A stretch of DNA of 64,000 bases, taken from the NCBI GenBank assembly GCA_052327205.1, contig CM126214.1, positions 46,252,001 to 46,316,000 on the forward strand, in the 5' to 3' direction. The position numbers and the translations under genes were made by a program. The notes beneath the pieces were generated by a model. The model ran no database searches, had not been told where the DNA came from, and saw only the letters and a list, made by a program, of their open reading frames with translations. This document shows positions 52,381 to 63,657 of the stretch, piece by piece. Within the stretch, counting starts at the first letter, position 1. Each line of letters begins with the position of its first letter. This DNA is from Somniosus microcephalus (lineage: Eukaryota).

Positions 52381-52893
52381 ATAGCAAAATACTGCAGATG
52401 TTGGAAACCCGCTCCATTCCCACTCGGACCTCACCGCCCTTGGCCTCTTGTATTGTTCCACGGAAGCTCAACGTAAACTCGAGGAACAGCACCTCATCTT
52501 CCGATTAGGCACTCTGCAGCCTTCCGGACTCAATATCGAGTTCAACAATTTCAGATCATAAGCTCGGCCCCCATTTCATTTTTTCTTGTAATTTTTTCCA
52601 CTCCTTTCCCCCGCCCCCCTTTCCTTTTGTTTCTCTCTCACACCTGGCAGCTATCTTTTGCCCTGCCAGTACACTTTACACCTAATCTCAGCCTATTACC
52701 ATCTCGTCTAGCTTCTAATCTCTTTTACTTCTTTTGTTTCTTTTATTCTTTTGTCCGGTCGCAGCCCTGCCTTCGATCTTGTTTCTTTTCTTTCCAGTTT
52801 TGAAGAAGGGTTCGACCCGAAACGTCAACTCAAATTTCTCTCCACGGATGTTGCCGGACCTGCTGAGTTTTTCCAGCATTTTCTGTTGTTATT
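52381..52893 (+). mobile_element. Penelope-like element 3' fragment (GIY-YIG C-terminus plus pLTR, short inverted 5' tail)
   Basis: HSHSDLTALGLLYC..QRKLEEQHLIFRLGTLQPSGLNIEFNNFRS*; 16-bp TSD TCCCTTATCTACCATG (52365-52380, 52894-52909). Confidence 0.85.
52796..52830 (+). ncRNA. degenerate minimal type-I hammerhead ribozyme in the Penelope pLTR
   Basis: AGTT-TTGAAGA-A-GGGT-TCG-ACCC-GAAA-CGTC-AACT; the first core base is T rather than the C of CTGANGA. Confidence 0.55.
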
Positions 52894-52979
52894 TCCCTTA
52901 TCTACCATGTTCGTTAACTCCTCAATAAATTCAACTAGGTTCGTTAGACATGACGTACCCTTTGCAAATCCAAGCTGGC

Positions 52980-55900
52980 TGTTAAGTCTGTGAATTATTT
53001 AGTTAATTAAAACACAGACTAATGAGGAACAATAAAAACAGGTCTTTACTGGTTGGAGGTAGGGACTATACTGAATACAAGATTACTGCACAGTGCTTAT
53101 ATACCGGTGTGTTCACCCCCGGTATTACGTCTACAGCAGCCTGAGAAAGTAGTACATCTCTTAAGGTGGAACAGGCTTAAGCTCTCTTAAGGTGGAACAG
53201 GTTACATACACAACACTCCTCCCTTCTTAGCTTTATAGTCATCCCCCTCATTTAACATAACGTAATAACATATATACATATATAACTTCATGTTTAACGT
53301 AACATATCACAGATTCAGTCTCTGCGGAAAACAGTTCACAGATTCAATCTCTGTGGTGTAGTCGGTTCACGTTACTCATTCAATAGTCCTTTCATGGATT
53401 TAACAGCTTGAACTTCCGAACTGATTTGGCTCCATTCGGAGGGACCACGTGTGTGATCTGGTAGAGGTGACAATGGTTCAGATGGGTCATCTTCTGTTTT
53501 TACTTTTCCTTTTCTGCTTCTTGGAGACTCTCTGGGCTCCATTGTCAGCTGCCACAGCTGCCAGCTGCATGCGCAGTTCCTCCTTCTCTTCCTCCTGTTT
53601 CCGTCGTCGAGCCAGCTTCTCCTGATGTTCCGTAGACTTTTGGTGCTCCTCCATGATTTCTGCACTTTGGGAGTCGAAGTTACAAGCTGGGCAGGACAGG
53701 ACATCGTAATATTCAGTGTCGTCCACCAGGTCATGGTAATATTCGGTGTCGTCCTGAGCTAGACCAGTGAGAGGGTCGTCTATTTCCTCCATACCCAGCT
53801 GGACGTTAGCCAGCTCTTGTTCCAAATCCAGACATCTTTCCTGAAGAGACTTCTTCATGTGTACCTCTGCATCCAGCTTTTTCTGGGCTTTCAGCAAGTC
53901 GTTTACTAGTGACCTCATTTGTGATTTTAATACTTCAACTTCCTTTGGAGATTGATTGATCGGACTATGCAATCCCTCTACCGGAGCAGCTGTTTCAGCG
54001 GTCTGTTGTTCTACATTGACGTGAGTCAGCGTACTTTTGGCATCCAATGGCTGCTCTGTTGCAGTCGTTTCAGTCTGTGTCGTCACATCAGCCATCTCAA
54101 TGACTTTTGAGAGCTCCGAACCCTTTTCCTTTGAAGATCGCAGCTCGTGTTCAAGTTTTTCCCATTTCAGAGTCTTGTCCCTCAGCATATGAAGGAGTTG
54201 GCTGACCGTTAACTCTTCTGACACCAGATTATGGCACGCACCTTCAGAACCTGAATCAGCTTTGATTCGTTCGGCCTCCTCGCGCAGATGGTTGGTGTGC
54301 TCCTGCTCCATTTTCTCCATCAGTTGCTTCTGTTGACTTTCCAGATTCTCCCACTCTGTAACAAAGAACTTTTTTATTTCATTCATCTCTTGCTCAAAAC
54401 GGCGAATCATTTGTTCTAATTGCTGTTGTAGTTTGAAATGGAGTTGAGTTCGAGCCCAGTGTCCCTCAAAAATGTGCATATCAGTAGACTTGACAGACTC
54501 AGAATTCTCTGTTAAACTATGTTGTTGTTGCTCAGTGGAATTCTGTGCTGAAACTTTGTCTTTTGCACATGGGTTGGTCTTACCATCATCAGTTCTAGAG
54601 TCTGGGCTGATTATCTGCACCGAGTTCTCACTCTTTATGGCTTTTAGCGAATGCCAGTCCATATTTATGTTTCTAAACCACTCCCGGCCTAGTAGTGGTG
54701 GACCTCCCTCCGGTAGCACATATAAGTCCATTATTTGACTTCCTTCGCCCTTGTTGGCCACTGCAACCTTTATTGTCCCGATGGGGTACACTCTCTGCCC
54801 CGTGTAGGTTGTCAATATAATCTCCGTATCCTGTAGGGGAATATGTTGGAATAACCGACTGTAATCTTTCTTATTCATGACCGACAATGCCGATCCAGTG
54901 TCCAATTCCATTTTTACTTGGACTCCTTCTATCTGAAGAGTAACCCAAATTGTCTGGAGGTCTGCACCCTTACCAACGTTGAGTACCCTTAAGCTAGCCA
55001 GTTCAATACTGCTTGCGTCTGAATCGGACTCCTGTTCGGCCACCTTGTGTACCTTTGCGTATTTCCCTTGCGGTGACTTCTTGTTGCTGGTCTTCTTCGC
55101 TGACCTGCATACTCTAGCTATATGTCCAAGCCTACCACAAGTTCTACATTCTTGGTTTTTAAACCAACACTGGTTCTGATCATGCGTTGTCTTTCCACAA
55201 CGATAACATTTGCCAGAACTCACACCCAATTTGTGTGCACTGAGCTCCGGTGACCGTAGCTGCATTACTGCCGTGCCTCTCGCTGCGGCTTCGTGTGCTG
55301 CTGCCATAGTGACCGCCTTCTCAAGCGTCAGCTCATTCTCCTCGAGCAGTCGCTTTTGTGTATCCTGTTTAAATAAACCACACACAAATTTGTCTCGAAG
55401 TGCCTCTGTCAGTCCCGTTCCAAACTGGCAATATTTCGCTAATTTACGCAATTCCAGCAAATATTCAGCATTGCTTTCATGCTGTAGCTGCCCTCTGTCG
55501 TAAAATTTAAATCGTTCCGCTAGCATCAGCGGCGTGGGGTTTAGATGATCTTTCAGGACAGTAACAATCTCATCGAACGTCTTATCCGCCGGTTCATCTG
55601 GTGATAACAGGTGTTTCAATTGCCCGTATGTCTTCGCACCCATTAAATTTAATAATGTTAGAGCTTTATCTTGGTCACGAATTTTATTGGCCTTACAATA
55701 ATTTTTTACTCTTTCAACATATATGGCCCAATCTTCGAGGTCACTATCAAAGGTGCTAATATTCCCATGTTTAGGCATTGTAGATTTGCAATTTCTCAGA
55801 TTTTATTTTCTTTACTTGTTATCAAAGATGGCGGCTTCCCGCTCTTGCCGTCGTCCTCCGCCCACAAAATGGCGGTTTTCCCGTGCTTGGCGGTCTTCAC

Positions 55901-56464
55901 CCGTCCCCCGACGCCGTCTCCCTTCAGCCCCCGAGTGCGGCCCTTATCTTCGCCGTGATCGCCCGAGTGCGGCCCTTATCAGCGGATGCGATCGATGGCC
56001 CGGCTGCGCCTCGCACTTGAAAGCGGCCCGGCCCTTATCTGCCGATCGCTATCGCCCTGTACCTCTCTCTTCCCCAGTCCTGTCTTCTACTCCGGTTCAC
56101 AAGCTGATGGAGGCTTCAGGGTCCTAATGCCTGTCGCTTCCAGTGGGGTGGTGAGTGGTGAGGTTTGAAACCTCTCTTCAACCGCCGTGGAATAACTGCC
56201 GCAGGGTAAGATCCTGACTCGTCGCCAGTGTTAAGTCTGTGAATTATTTAGTTAATTAAAACACAGACTAATGAGGAACAATAAAAACAGGTCTTTACTG
56301 GTTGGAGGTAGGGACTATACTGAATACAAGATTACTGCACAGTGCTTATATACCGGTGTGTTCACCCCCGGTATTACGTCTACAGCAGCCTGAGAAAGTA
56401 GTACATCTCTTAAGGTGGAACAGGCTTAAGCTCTCTTAAGGTGGAACAGGTTACATACACAACA
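52980..56464 (-). mobile_element. young non-autonomous Gypsy-type LTR element carrying captured host coding fragments
   Basis: LTRs 52980-53215 and 56229-56464 (236 bp, TG..CA, identical by eye); TSD CTGGC; PBS TGGCGACGAG at 56218-56227; PPT at 53216-53230; no RT/RNase H/IN. Confidence 0.95.
53487..55778 (-). CDS. 763-aa chimeric polyprotein: Gag (two CCHC) + aspartic protease + STK10/SLK-like coiled coil + optineurin-like coiled coil + DNAJC21-like C2H2 zinc finger
   Basis: Uninterrupted [39 protein letters not shown]; [36 protein letters not shown]; [22 protein letters not shown]; [16 protein letters not shown]. Host assignments are from recall. Confidence 0.85.
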   Translation of the reverse strand: MPKHGNISTFDSDLEDWAIYVERVKNYCKANKIRDQDKALTLLNLMGAKTYGQLKHLLSPDEPADKTFDEIVTVLKDHLNPTPLMLAERFKFYDRGQLQHESNAEYLLELRKLAKYCQFGTGLTEALRDKFVCGLFKQDTQKRLLEENELTLEKAVTMAAAHEAAARGTAVMQLRSPELSAHKLGVSSGKCYRCGKTTHDQNQCWFKNQECRTCGRLGHIARVCRSAKKTSNKKSPQGKYAKVHKVAEQESDSDASSIELASLRVLNVGKGADLQTIWVTLQIEGVQVKMELDTGSALSVMNKKDYSRLFQHIPLQDTEIILTTYTGQRVYPIGTIKVAVANKGEGSQIMDLYVLPEGGPPLLGREWFRNINMDWHSLKAIKSENSVQIISPDSRTDDGKTNPCAKDKVSAQNSTEQQQHSLTENSESVKSTDMHIFEGHWARTQLHFKLQQQLEQMIRRFEQEMNEIKKFFVTEWENLESQQKQLMEKMEQEHTNHLREEAERIKADSGSEGACHNLVSEELTVSQLLHMLRDKTLKWEKLEHELRSSKEKGSELSKVIEMADVTTQTETTATEQPLDAKSTLTHVNVEQQTAETAAPVEGLHSPINQSPKEVEVLKSQMRSLVNDLLKAQKKLDAEVHMKKSLQERCLDLEQELANVQLGMEEIDDPLTGLAQDDTEYYHDLVDDTEYYDVLSCPACNFDSQSAEIMEEHQKSTEHQEKLARRRKQEEEKEELRMQLAAVAADNGAQRVSKKQKRKSKNRR

Positions 56465-57009
56465 CTGGCTCTCTCTGATCAGCTCATATTTGTCCAAATA
56501 CTCAGTCACTCTGCCCCAATAACAGATTCTAGTAACTTCCCCACAACTAATATGCCTATAATTTTCTAATTTATCTCTCCTACCTTTCTTAAATAATGGA
56601 GAGATATTGGCAATTTTCCAATCCAAGGGGAGATTCCTGAATCGAGAGTGTTTTGCAGGATCATGACTAACTCATCAACAATTTCCTCACCTACTTCTTT
56701 TAATGCCCTGGGGTGGAAACCATCGGGTCTATTTTTAATCTCATTAGTTTCTCCATTACCACTATTTTTACTTATATTGAATTTAGTTAGATACGCTAGA
56801 TGCAGGAGTACAGTACACAGTTATTTACAAACAACAATGTTTGAAAGCCAAAAAAAGTCTAATATCTGAGGTGAGCCAGCAATCGAAGCCAGTGACAAAA
56901 GTGGAATGTGTCAGTCGGCGTGCTTAGACCTTTTTGAATGGTAGAGAATCCTGAGGCTTATCAACTTTTTCTTTATTAAAATACCTTGTGCAGTAATGCA
57001 ACTGAGGTT

Positions 57010-57402
57010 TTTTTTATTCCTTCCGGGATCTGGACATCGCTGGCAAGGCCAGCATTTATTGCCCATCCCTAATTGCCTTTGAGATGGTGGTGGTGAGCCG
57101 CCTTCTTGAGCCGCTGCTGTCCGTGTGGTGAAGGTACACCCACAGTGCTGTTAGAGAGGGAGTTCCAGGATTTTGACCCAGCTACGACAAAGGAATGACA
57201 ATATATTTCCAAGTCAGGATGTTGTGTGACTTGGAGGGGAACTTGGAGGTGGTGGTGTTCCGATGCACCTGATGCTCTTGTCCTTCTAGGTGGTAGAGGT
57301 CACGGGTTTGGGAGGTGCTGCCGAAGAAGCCTTGGCAAGTTGCTGCAGTGCATCTTGTAGATGGTACACACTGCAGCCACGGTACGCCGGTGATGGAGGG
57401 AG
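57010..57402 (-). mobile_element. LINE 3' end (same family as 23385)
   Basis: Near-identical to 23390-23775. Confidence 0.85.
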
Positions 57403-57404
57403 TA

Positions 57405-58700
57405 AGCGGTAAAAATTCAGTTGGTTAGCGCCTCCCGTTAGCGCCTGCAGGGGGAGGTAAAATGGGGCACTGATGCAGTAGCGCCAGGGCAAGGCGAATC
57501 TAGCGGCACACTGCAAATTTGGACCCCCCGTTGCGCCGCTGGTACAAGGTACCGCTGGGGAATCAAAGCCAGGCAGATTGTGACATCAGCTGGGTGCCCG
57601 ATCTGCAAAATTGATTTTCGCCACTTACCTTTGTGCCTCGACCAGACAGCAACAGGGAGAGGAAGCGCACAGCTGCAGGACATTGGCTCCAGGCACGTTA
57701 TTTAAAGACATCCGCCTTAATCACTCGCAGGTTATTTTCAGTGATTTCTTGTCAGTTTCACCCAGTGGATCACTTTGTATGAGTAATTTCAAGGTTCTAT
57801 TTTATCAGCAGTCTTCTGGCAAGTGCAAAGTGGCTACATTTATTGTTCAAAGATTCAAACTGCTACACTTGGCAACATTAATGGGGGCTGTACTGGCGCC
57901 ACCTCGCCCTCCAGGATCTACGGCGGAGGGAGTGTAGGCAGCCAGAAATACGGGAGCATATACGCAGAGAGATGAGGAGGGAAATCAGGGCTCTCACCAG
58001 GAAGCCTTACCCTCCAAAGGTATTCCGACAGCCCCTCTCCTACCTTCAATTAAGTGAGGAGTAGTGTTTAGATGGCTCCGCATCACCAAGGTGGTGGTCA
58101 CAGAACTCTATCACCTCCTCCATACTGAACTCCAGCCTCACACCAAAATGACTTAAACCCCAGATCCCTTTTGCTTACTGCATGCCCATCATATAATTCC
58201 CTGTGTCATGACATATCACAGCATCCTCCTGGGTGCAAAGGTGAAATGAGAGAGACCACAAATGATTGCAAACTCCATGAATAAATTTATGCATAAACAT
58301 ATCACACATATCACATTCATTTTAAGAACTAATGACCCTTGTGCCAGCCATAGTTGAATAGCTGTCATTGTGTGCAAGGCGTGAGATATGGGTGTGAGTG
58401 TTGGTAGGTAGAGATTGTTGGTGGGTGAGTGTTAGGGGTCTGATGCTTTGGGCAGTGTGTGAAGCTTATGGTGCAGATGGTGGTATGTAGCATTTGGTAA
58501 AGCATTCAATCACCCTGACCACCCAACTGAGGTGGAACTGCCATCAGCACACCTGCTTCAGTCCTCTGGCTCCTACTCCTTGTTGTGCTTCTCCTTGCTG
58601 AGGCAGTTGCAGAGCCAGCAATGCTGAGAATGAGGTGCTGCAGTATCAATGAACCTCCCCTTTAAGAACTGGGAAAAGCCTGTGGCAAAGAGTTGAGATT
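57405..58700. mobile_element. Harbinger deletion derivative: transposase 5' remnant (+, about 57880-58145) and Myb-gene 5' remnant (-)
   Basis: RKPYPPKVFRQPLSYLQLSEE*C..LRITKVVVTELYHLL; TAGCGCC subterminal repeats. Confidence 0.6.
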
Positions 58701-59160
58701 AGACTGCACCCGATATTGGTCCCCCCTTTGAGTGTAATGCCACTGAGCTAGGCCTTTAAGACTTGAATTAGTCTTGTTCAAGAGCTGATACACCATCCCA
58801 GGACATTCTGGCCCACTTTAATCACCATCTCTATGTGTATATATATGTATAATCATAACTGTTAACTAAAATGTTTATTTTAAAATTTTATCTTTGTTGA
58901 ATTCCTTTGCTTATCAAACTGAGAAATGGTGGGGAATGGGACACTTCATTTTTCCATCCAATGTCACTGTTACATTCAGGTCTTTGTCTGTATAGCCTGT
59001 ACTTAATTTATTCATTTATAATAGTTCTGCAATATTAATTGCAGCATTTGACTCAATATTAAGCCAGCAGAGATAAAAGCAAACTGGTTGCCATGGTAAT
59101 TTGAATCTCAGGATTTTATATGACCCGGAATTGAGCTTCTGAACACATGCCCGCTTCAAC

Positions 59161-62100
59161 ACTGAATGCACGTAGCATTCGTAACAAAATAGATGAGTTA
59201 ATGGCACAAATAACTACATATGGGTATGATCTTGTGGCCATTACAGAAACATGGCTGCAGGGTGACAATGCCTGGGAATTAAACATACCAGGTTATTTAA
59301 CGATCAGGAAGGACAGGCAGGAAGGCAGGGGAGGTGGGGTGGCTATGTTAATAAAGGAAGGAATCACTGTAATACAGAGAAATGATATTCGGTCAAAAGA
59401 TCAGGAGAATGAAACAGTTTGGGTGGAGGTAAGGAATAATAAGGGGAAAAAAACACTAGTGGGCGTAGTCTATAGGCCTCCGAACTGTGGCAACTCTGTT
59501 GGATGGAGTATCAATCAGGAAATAGTTGAGGCTTGTAATAAGGGAACATCTATAATTATGGGGGATTTTAACTATCATATTAATTGGACAAATCAAATTG
59601 GGCAGGGCTGCCTTGAGGATGAGTTCATTGAGTGTATTAGGGATGGGTTTCTTGAGCAGTATGTAACTGAACCGACCAGGGGGCAGGCAACCTTAGATCT
59701 GGTCCTGTGTAACGAGACAGGATTAATTAAAAATGTCCTAGTAAAGGATCCCCTTGGAATGAGTGACCATAACATGGTTGAATTCCATATTCAATTAGAG
59801 GATGAGAAGGTTGGATCTCAAACAAGCGTGCTAAGCTTGAATAAAGGAGACTATGAAGGTATGAGAGCGGAATTGAGTAGAGTGGATTGGGAAAATAGAT
59901 TAAAGGGTAAGATGATACATGATCAGTGGTGTACATTTAAGGAGTTATTTTAAAACTTCCAAAAAATATATATTCCACTGAGAAGAAAAGGGTGTAAAAG
60001 AAAAGACAGCCATCCGTGGCTAAGTAAAGAAATTAAGGATAGTATTCGACTAAAAACAAGGGCATATAAGGTAGCCAAATCTAGTGGGAGGATAGAGGAT
60101 TGGGAAAACTTTAAAAGACAGCAAAAAATAACAAAAAGATTGATTAAGAAAGGGAAGATAGATTATGAAAGTAAATTAGCAAAAAATATAAAAACAGATA
60201 GTAAGAGTTTTTATAGTTATATAAAAAGAAAAAGGGTGGCTAAAGTAAATGTTGGTCCCTTAGAGGATGAGACCGGGAAATTAATGGTGGGAAATATGGA
60301 GATGGCAAAAACACTGAATGAATATTTTACATCAGTCTTTACAGTAGAAGACACTAAGAATATCCCAACACTGGACAAACAGGGGGCTAAAGGGGGGGAG
60401 GAGCTAAACATGATCAAAATCACTAAGGAAGTGGTACTCGGTAAAATAATGGGACTCAAGGCGGATAAATCACCTGGACCTGATGGCTTACATCCTAGGG
60501 TCTTGAGGGAAGTGGCGGTAGGGATTGTGGATGCATTGGTAATAATTTTCCAAAACTCCCTGTACTCGGCAATGGTCCCGGCAGACTGGAAAACTGCTAA
60601 TGTAACACCCTTATTTAAAAAGGGCAGTAGACAGGAGGCTGGAAACTATAGACCAGTTAGCCTAACATCTGTGGTAGGTAAAATTTTGGAGTCCATTATT
60701 AAGGAGACAGTAACAGGGCATTTGGATAATCATAATTTAATAGGACAAAGTCAGCATGGTTTTATGAAGGGGAAGTCATGTTTGACAAATTTGCTGGAGT
60801 TCTTTGAGGAAGTAACATATAGGGTGGATAAAGGGGAACCAGTGGACGTAGTGTATTTAGACTTCCAAAAGGCATTTGACAAGGTGCCACACAAAAGATT
60901 ATTGCTTAAGATAAAAAATCACGGGATTGGGGGTAATATTCTGGCATGGATAGGGGATTGGCTATCTAACAGAAGGCAGAGAGTTGGGATAAATGGTTCA
61001 TTCCCAGACTGGCAATCAGTAACTAGTGGTGTTCCGCAGGGGTCAGTGCTGAGTCCCCAACTCTTTACAATCTATATTAATGATTTGGAGGAGGGGACCG
61101 AGTGTAACATATCAAAGTTTGCAGATGATACTAAGATGGGGGGGAAAGTAGTGAGTGAGGAGGACATAAAAAACCTTCAAGGGGACATAGACAGGCTAAG
61201 TAAGTGGGCAGAGATTTGGCAGATGGAATACAATACTGGAAAGTGTGAGGTTATGCACTTTGGCAGGAAAAATCGTAGAGCAAGTTATTATCTTAATAGC
61301 AAGAAACTGGAAAGTACTGAAGTACAAAGGGATCTGGGGGTCCTGGTGCACGAAACTCAAAAGGTTAGTATGCAGGTGCAGCAAGTGATTAAGAAGGCCA
61401 ATGGAATGTTGGCTTTCATTGCCAGGGGGATAGAATATAAAAATAGGGAGGTATTGCTTCAGTTGTACAAGGTATTGGTGAGACCGCACCTGGAATACTG
61501 CGTACAGTTTTGGTGTCCATACTTAAGAAAGGACATACTTGCTCTCGAGTCAGTACAAAGAAGGTTCACTCGGTTAATCCCGGGGATGAGGGGATGGACA
61601 TATGAGGAGAGGTTGAGTAGATTGGGACTCTACTCATTGGAGTTCAGAAGAATGAGAGGCGATCTTATTGAAACATATAAGATTGTGAAGGGGTTGGATT
61701 GGGTGGATGCAGGGAAGATGTTCCCGATGATGGGTGAAACTAGAACTAGGGGGCATAATCTTAGAATAAGGGGCTGCTCTTTCAAAACTGAGATGAGGAG
61801 GAACTACTTCACTCAGAGGGTGGTAGGTCCATGGAATATGCTGCCCCAAAAAACTGTAGAAGCTACATCATTACATAAATTTAAAACAGAAATAGACAGT
61901 TTCCTAGAAGTAAAGGGAATTAAGGGTTACGGGGAGTGGGCAGGAATTTGGACATGAGTCTAGGTTCGGATCGGTCATGGCCCTGTGGGTAGCGGAGCGG
62001 GCCCAGGCGCCGTGTAGCCTGATCCTGCTCCTATTTCGTGTGTCTAATTCTGTTAGATGCAGGAGATGGCTCTGTGATAGTGGATTGGCGGTTAGGATCA

Positions 62101-62188
62101 GATCAGCCATGATCTTATTGAATGGCGGAGCAGGCTCGAGGGGCCGATTGGCCTACTCCTGCTCCTATTTCTTATGTTCTTATGTTCT
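59161..62188 (+). mobile_element. young CR1 LINE, ORF2 nearly complete (APE and RT) with one premature stop at 59951-59953
   Basis: ORFs 59147-59953 and 60140-61957 are in the same frame with an open gap between them; NARSI, TETW, GDFN, SDH, FADDTK; (TTCTTATG)n tail. Confidence 0.95.
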
Positions 62189-62189
62189 A

Positions 62190-62430
62190 ACATGAACACT
62201 GCCTATTTCTACATCCATAACATCCTTCAACTGCCTTTACCTCAGCACAATCTTCTGCTGAATCCCCTTATCCATGCTTTTGTCCCTTCCAGGCTCGACT
62301 ATTCCAATGCTCTTCTGGCTGACCGCACATCCTCCATAAACTTCAATTCATCCAGAACTCTGCTCTCCAAATCCTATCCCACCCACCCATTATCCCTGTC
62401 CTTGCTGCCCTATATTCGCTTCTGCCAATC
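62190..62430 (+). mobile_element. L2 ORF2 fragment
   Basis: LIHAFVPSRLDYSNALL motif. Confidence 0.6.
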
Positions 62431-63324
62431 CTCCATGTTCCTGTAAGTAATATTTGCACAATACTCTTTCAATTCTGGTATACAAGTTCTGAATGAATCG
62501 CCTCACATTGTTGTTTGGAGGCTTATATCCTTTACAAGATCATGAAAAATCTCAAATAATCTGTTCCAGCTCCAGGTAGGGGAATGAGCAGTGCAGTTGG
62601 AGGTTTGACTGAAAGACTGGTGGTCAGGACCAGTGCAGGTGACTGGGGCTCATCTGAATAGATCAGAGACTTGAAAATATAGGCTGGAACACTAATGGGA
62701 AAGAGCAGAAGGAGCTTTAATCCCAAACTTGTTTGTATCTGATCTGTAAGTGTTTGATAATGATTCACAATTTTGGGATTTTGCCTTAGATAGTGTTCCG
62801 GGTTCAGTTTCACCTGTCACTCCCATAAAGAGATCTCGTATCCTCTACAAACTTCCTAGAAATAACTAGTTAAACAATAGCATGACTCAGGGAAGTAACA
62901 TAGAACCCTTGCTGTGTATACTGGCTCTAATAATACCATAGGTACTGCCATATATGTTCTCTTCTCTTTACAGCAGGTGGACTGAAAGGTTCTATTGAGA
63001 TGAAGCATGAATACAAAGGAACAAAATGGTTAATTTGAAATAAAATAAATGAATGAACAGAATACATACTTCACAGTGAGATCTGTCAATTTCTCAAGCT
63101 CCTCATTTTATGAAAAGCAACAAAAGTGCAAGCTTAGTGATGCCTTAAGCCTTATGCCTTAAAAGGTCCACTTTTAAGCTAAGCTATTCGAAATCTCACT
63201 GGTCCTGCCTTTCTGTTACTAGCTGCTAAGGGTTATTCCCATCCTTCTCCCTGACTTAAGTTCAAGTGCTGACTAATCCAACTCTGGAAATGGTTGCAAA
63301 TGATTTGTTATTTCTATTGCACTG

Positions 63325-63590
63325 AAAAAGATGCACTAAGCTCCATTGGTGACCGAGTGTGTAGATGAACCTCGCAGTGTAGCAGTAAACAAATACACAT
63401 CACAAGGTTGATTCCTGGACTGTGCTGAGTTGCCTGATCTTACCTGGGTTATCAGTTGGGGGACTACAACTGGCTTCACCGCCCTTCATCAAGGCAGTTA
63501 ATTAATTATTACCCAGTGATTGCTTCTGGAAAATTCACATGTTTGGGGCCATCAGATGAGAACAGGTCCGAGCTCAGCTACAATGCCAAT
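63325..63590 (+). mobile_element. ancient tRNA-type SINE (same family as 4715)
   Basis: GGTTGATTCCTGGACTGTGCTGAGTTGCCTGATCT..GGGGGACTACAACTGGC. Confidence 0.45.
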
Positions 63591-63657
63591 AATTGAATAA
63601 TCTAATGATACTTACTGTCCAGGTAAAAGGAGGGTTGCTGTCAACCATGGAGTCAAT

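Larger units (their letters stand above)
51214..56735 (-). mobile_element. old CR1 fragment (51214-52380, 52894-52979, 56465-56735) hosting the Penelope and LTR insertions
   Basis: ORFs 51530-51997, 52119-52379, 56426-56626; sequence is continuous once the inserts are removed. Confidence 0.85.

Noticed and set aside
53487-54467. Coiled-coil tail as an env-like gene
   Set aside because: No signal peptide or transmembrane segment; it is fused to Gag-PR and resembles cytosolic host proteins.
53487-54467. Genuine host STK10, OPTN or DNAJC21 loci
   Set aside because: Short, intronless, fused pieces bounded by LTRs, so no gene symbols were assigned.
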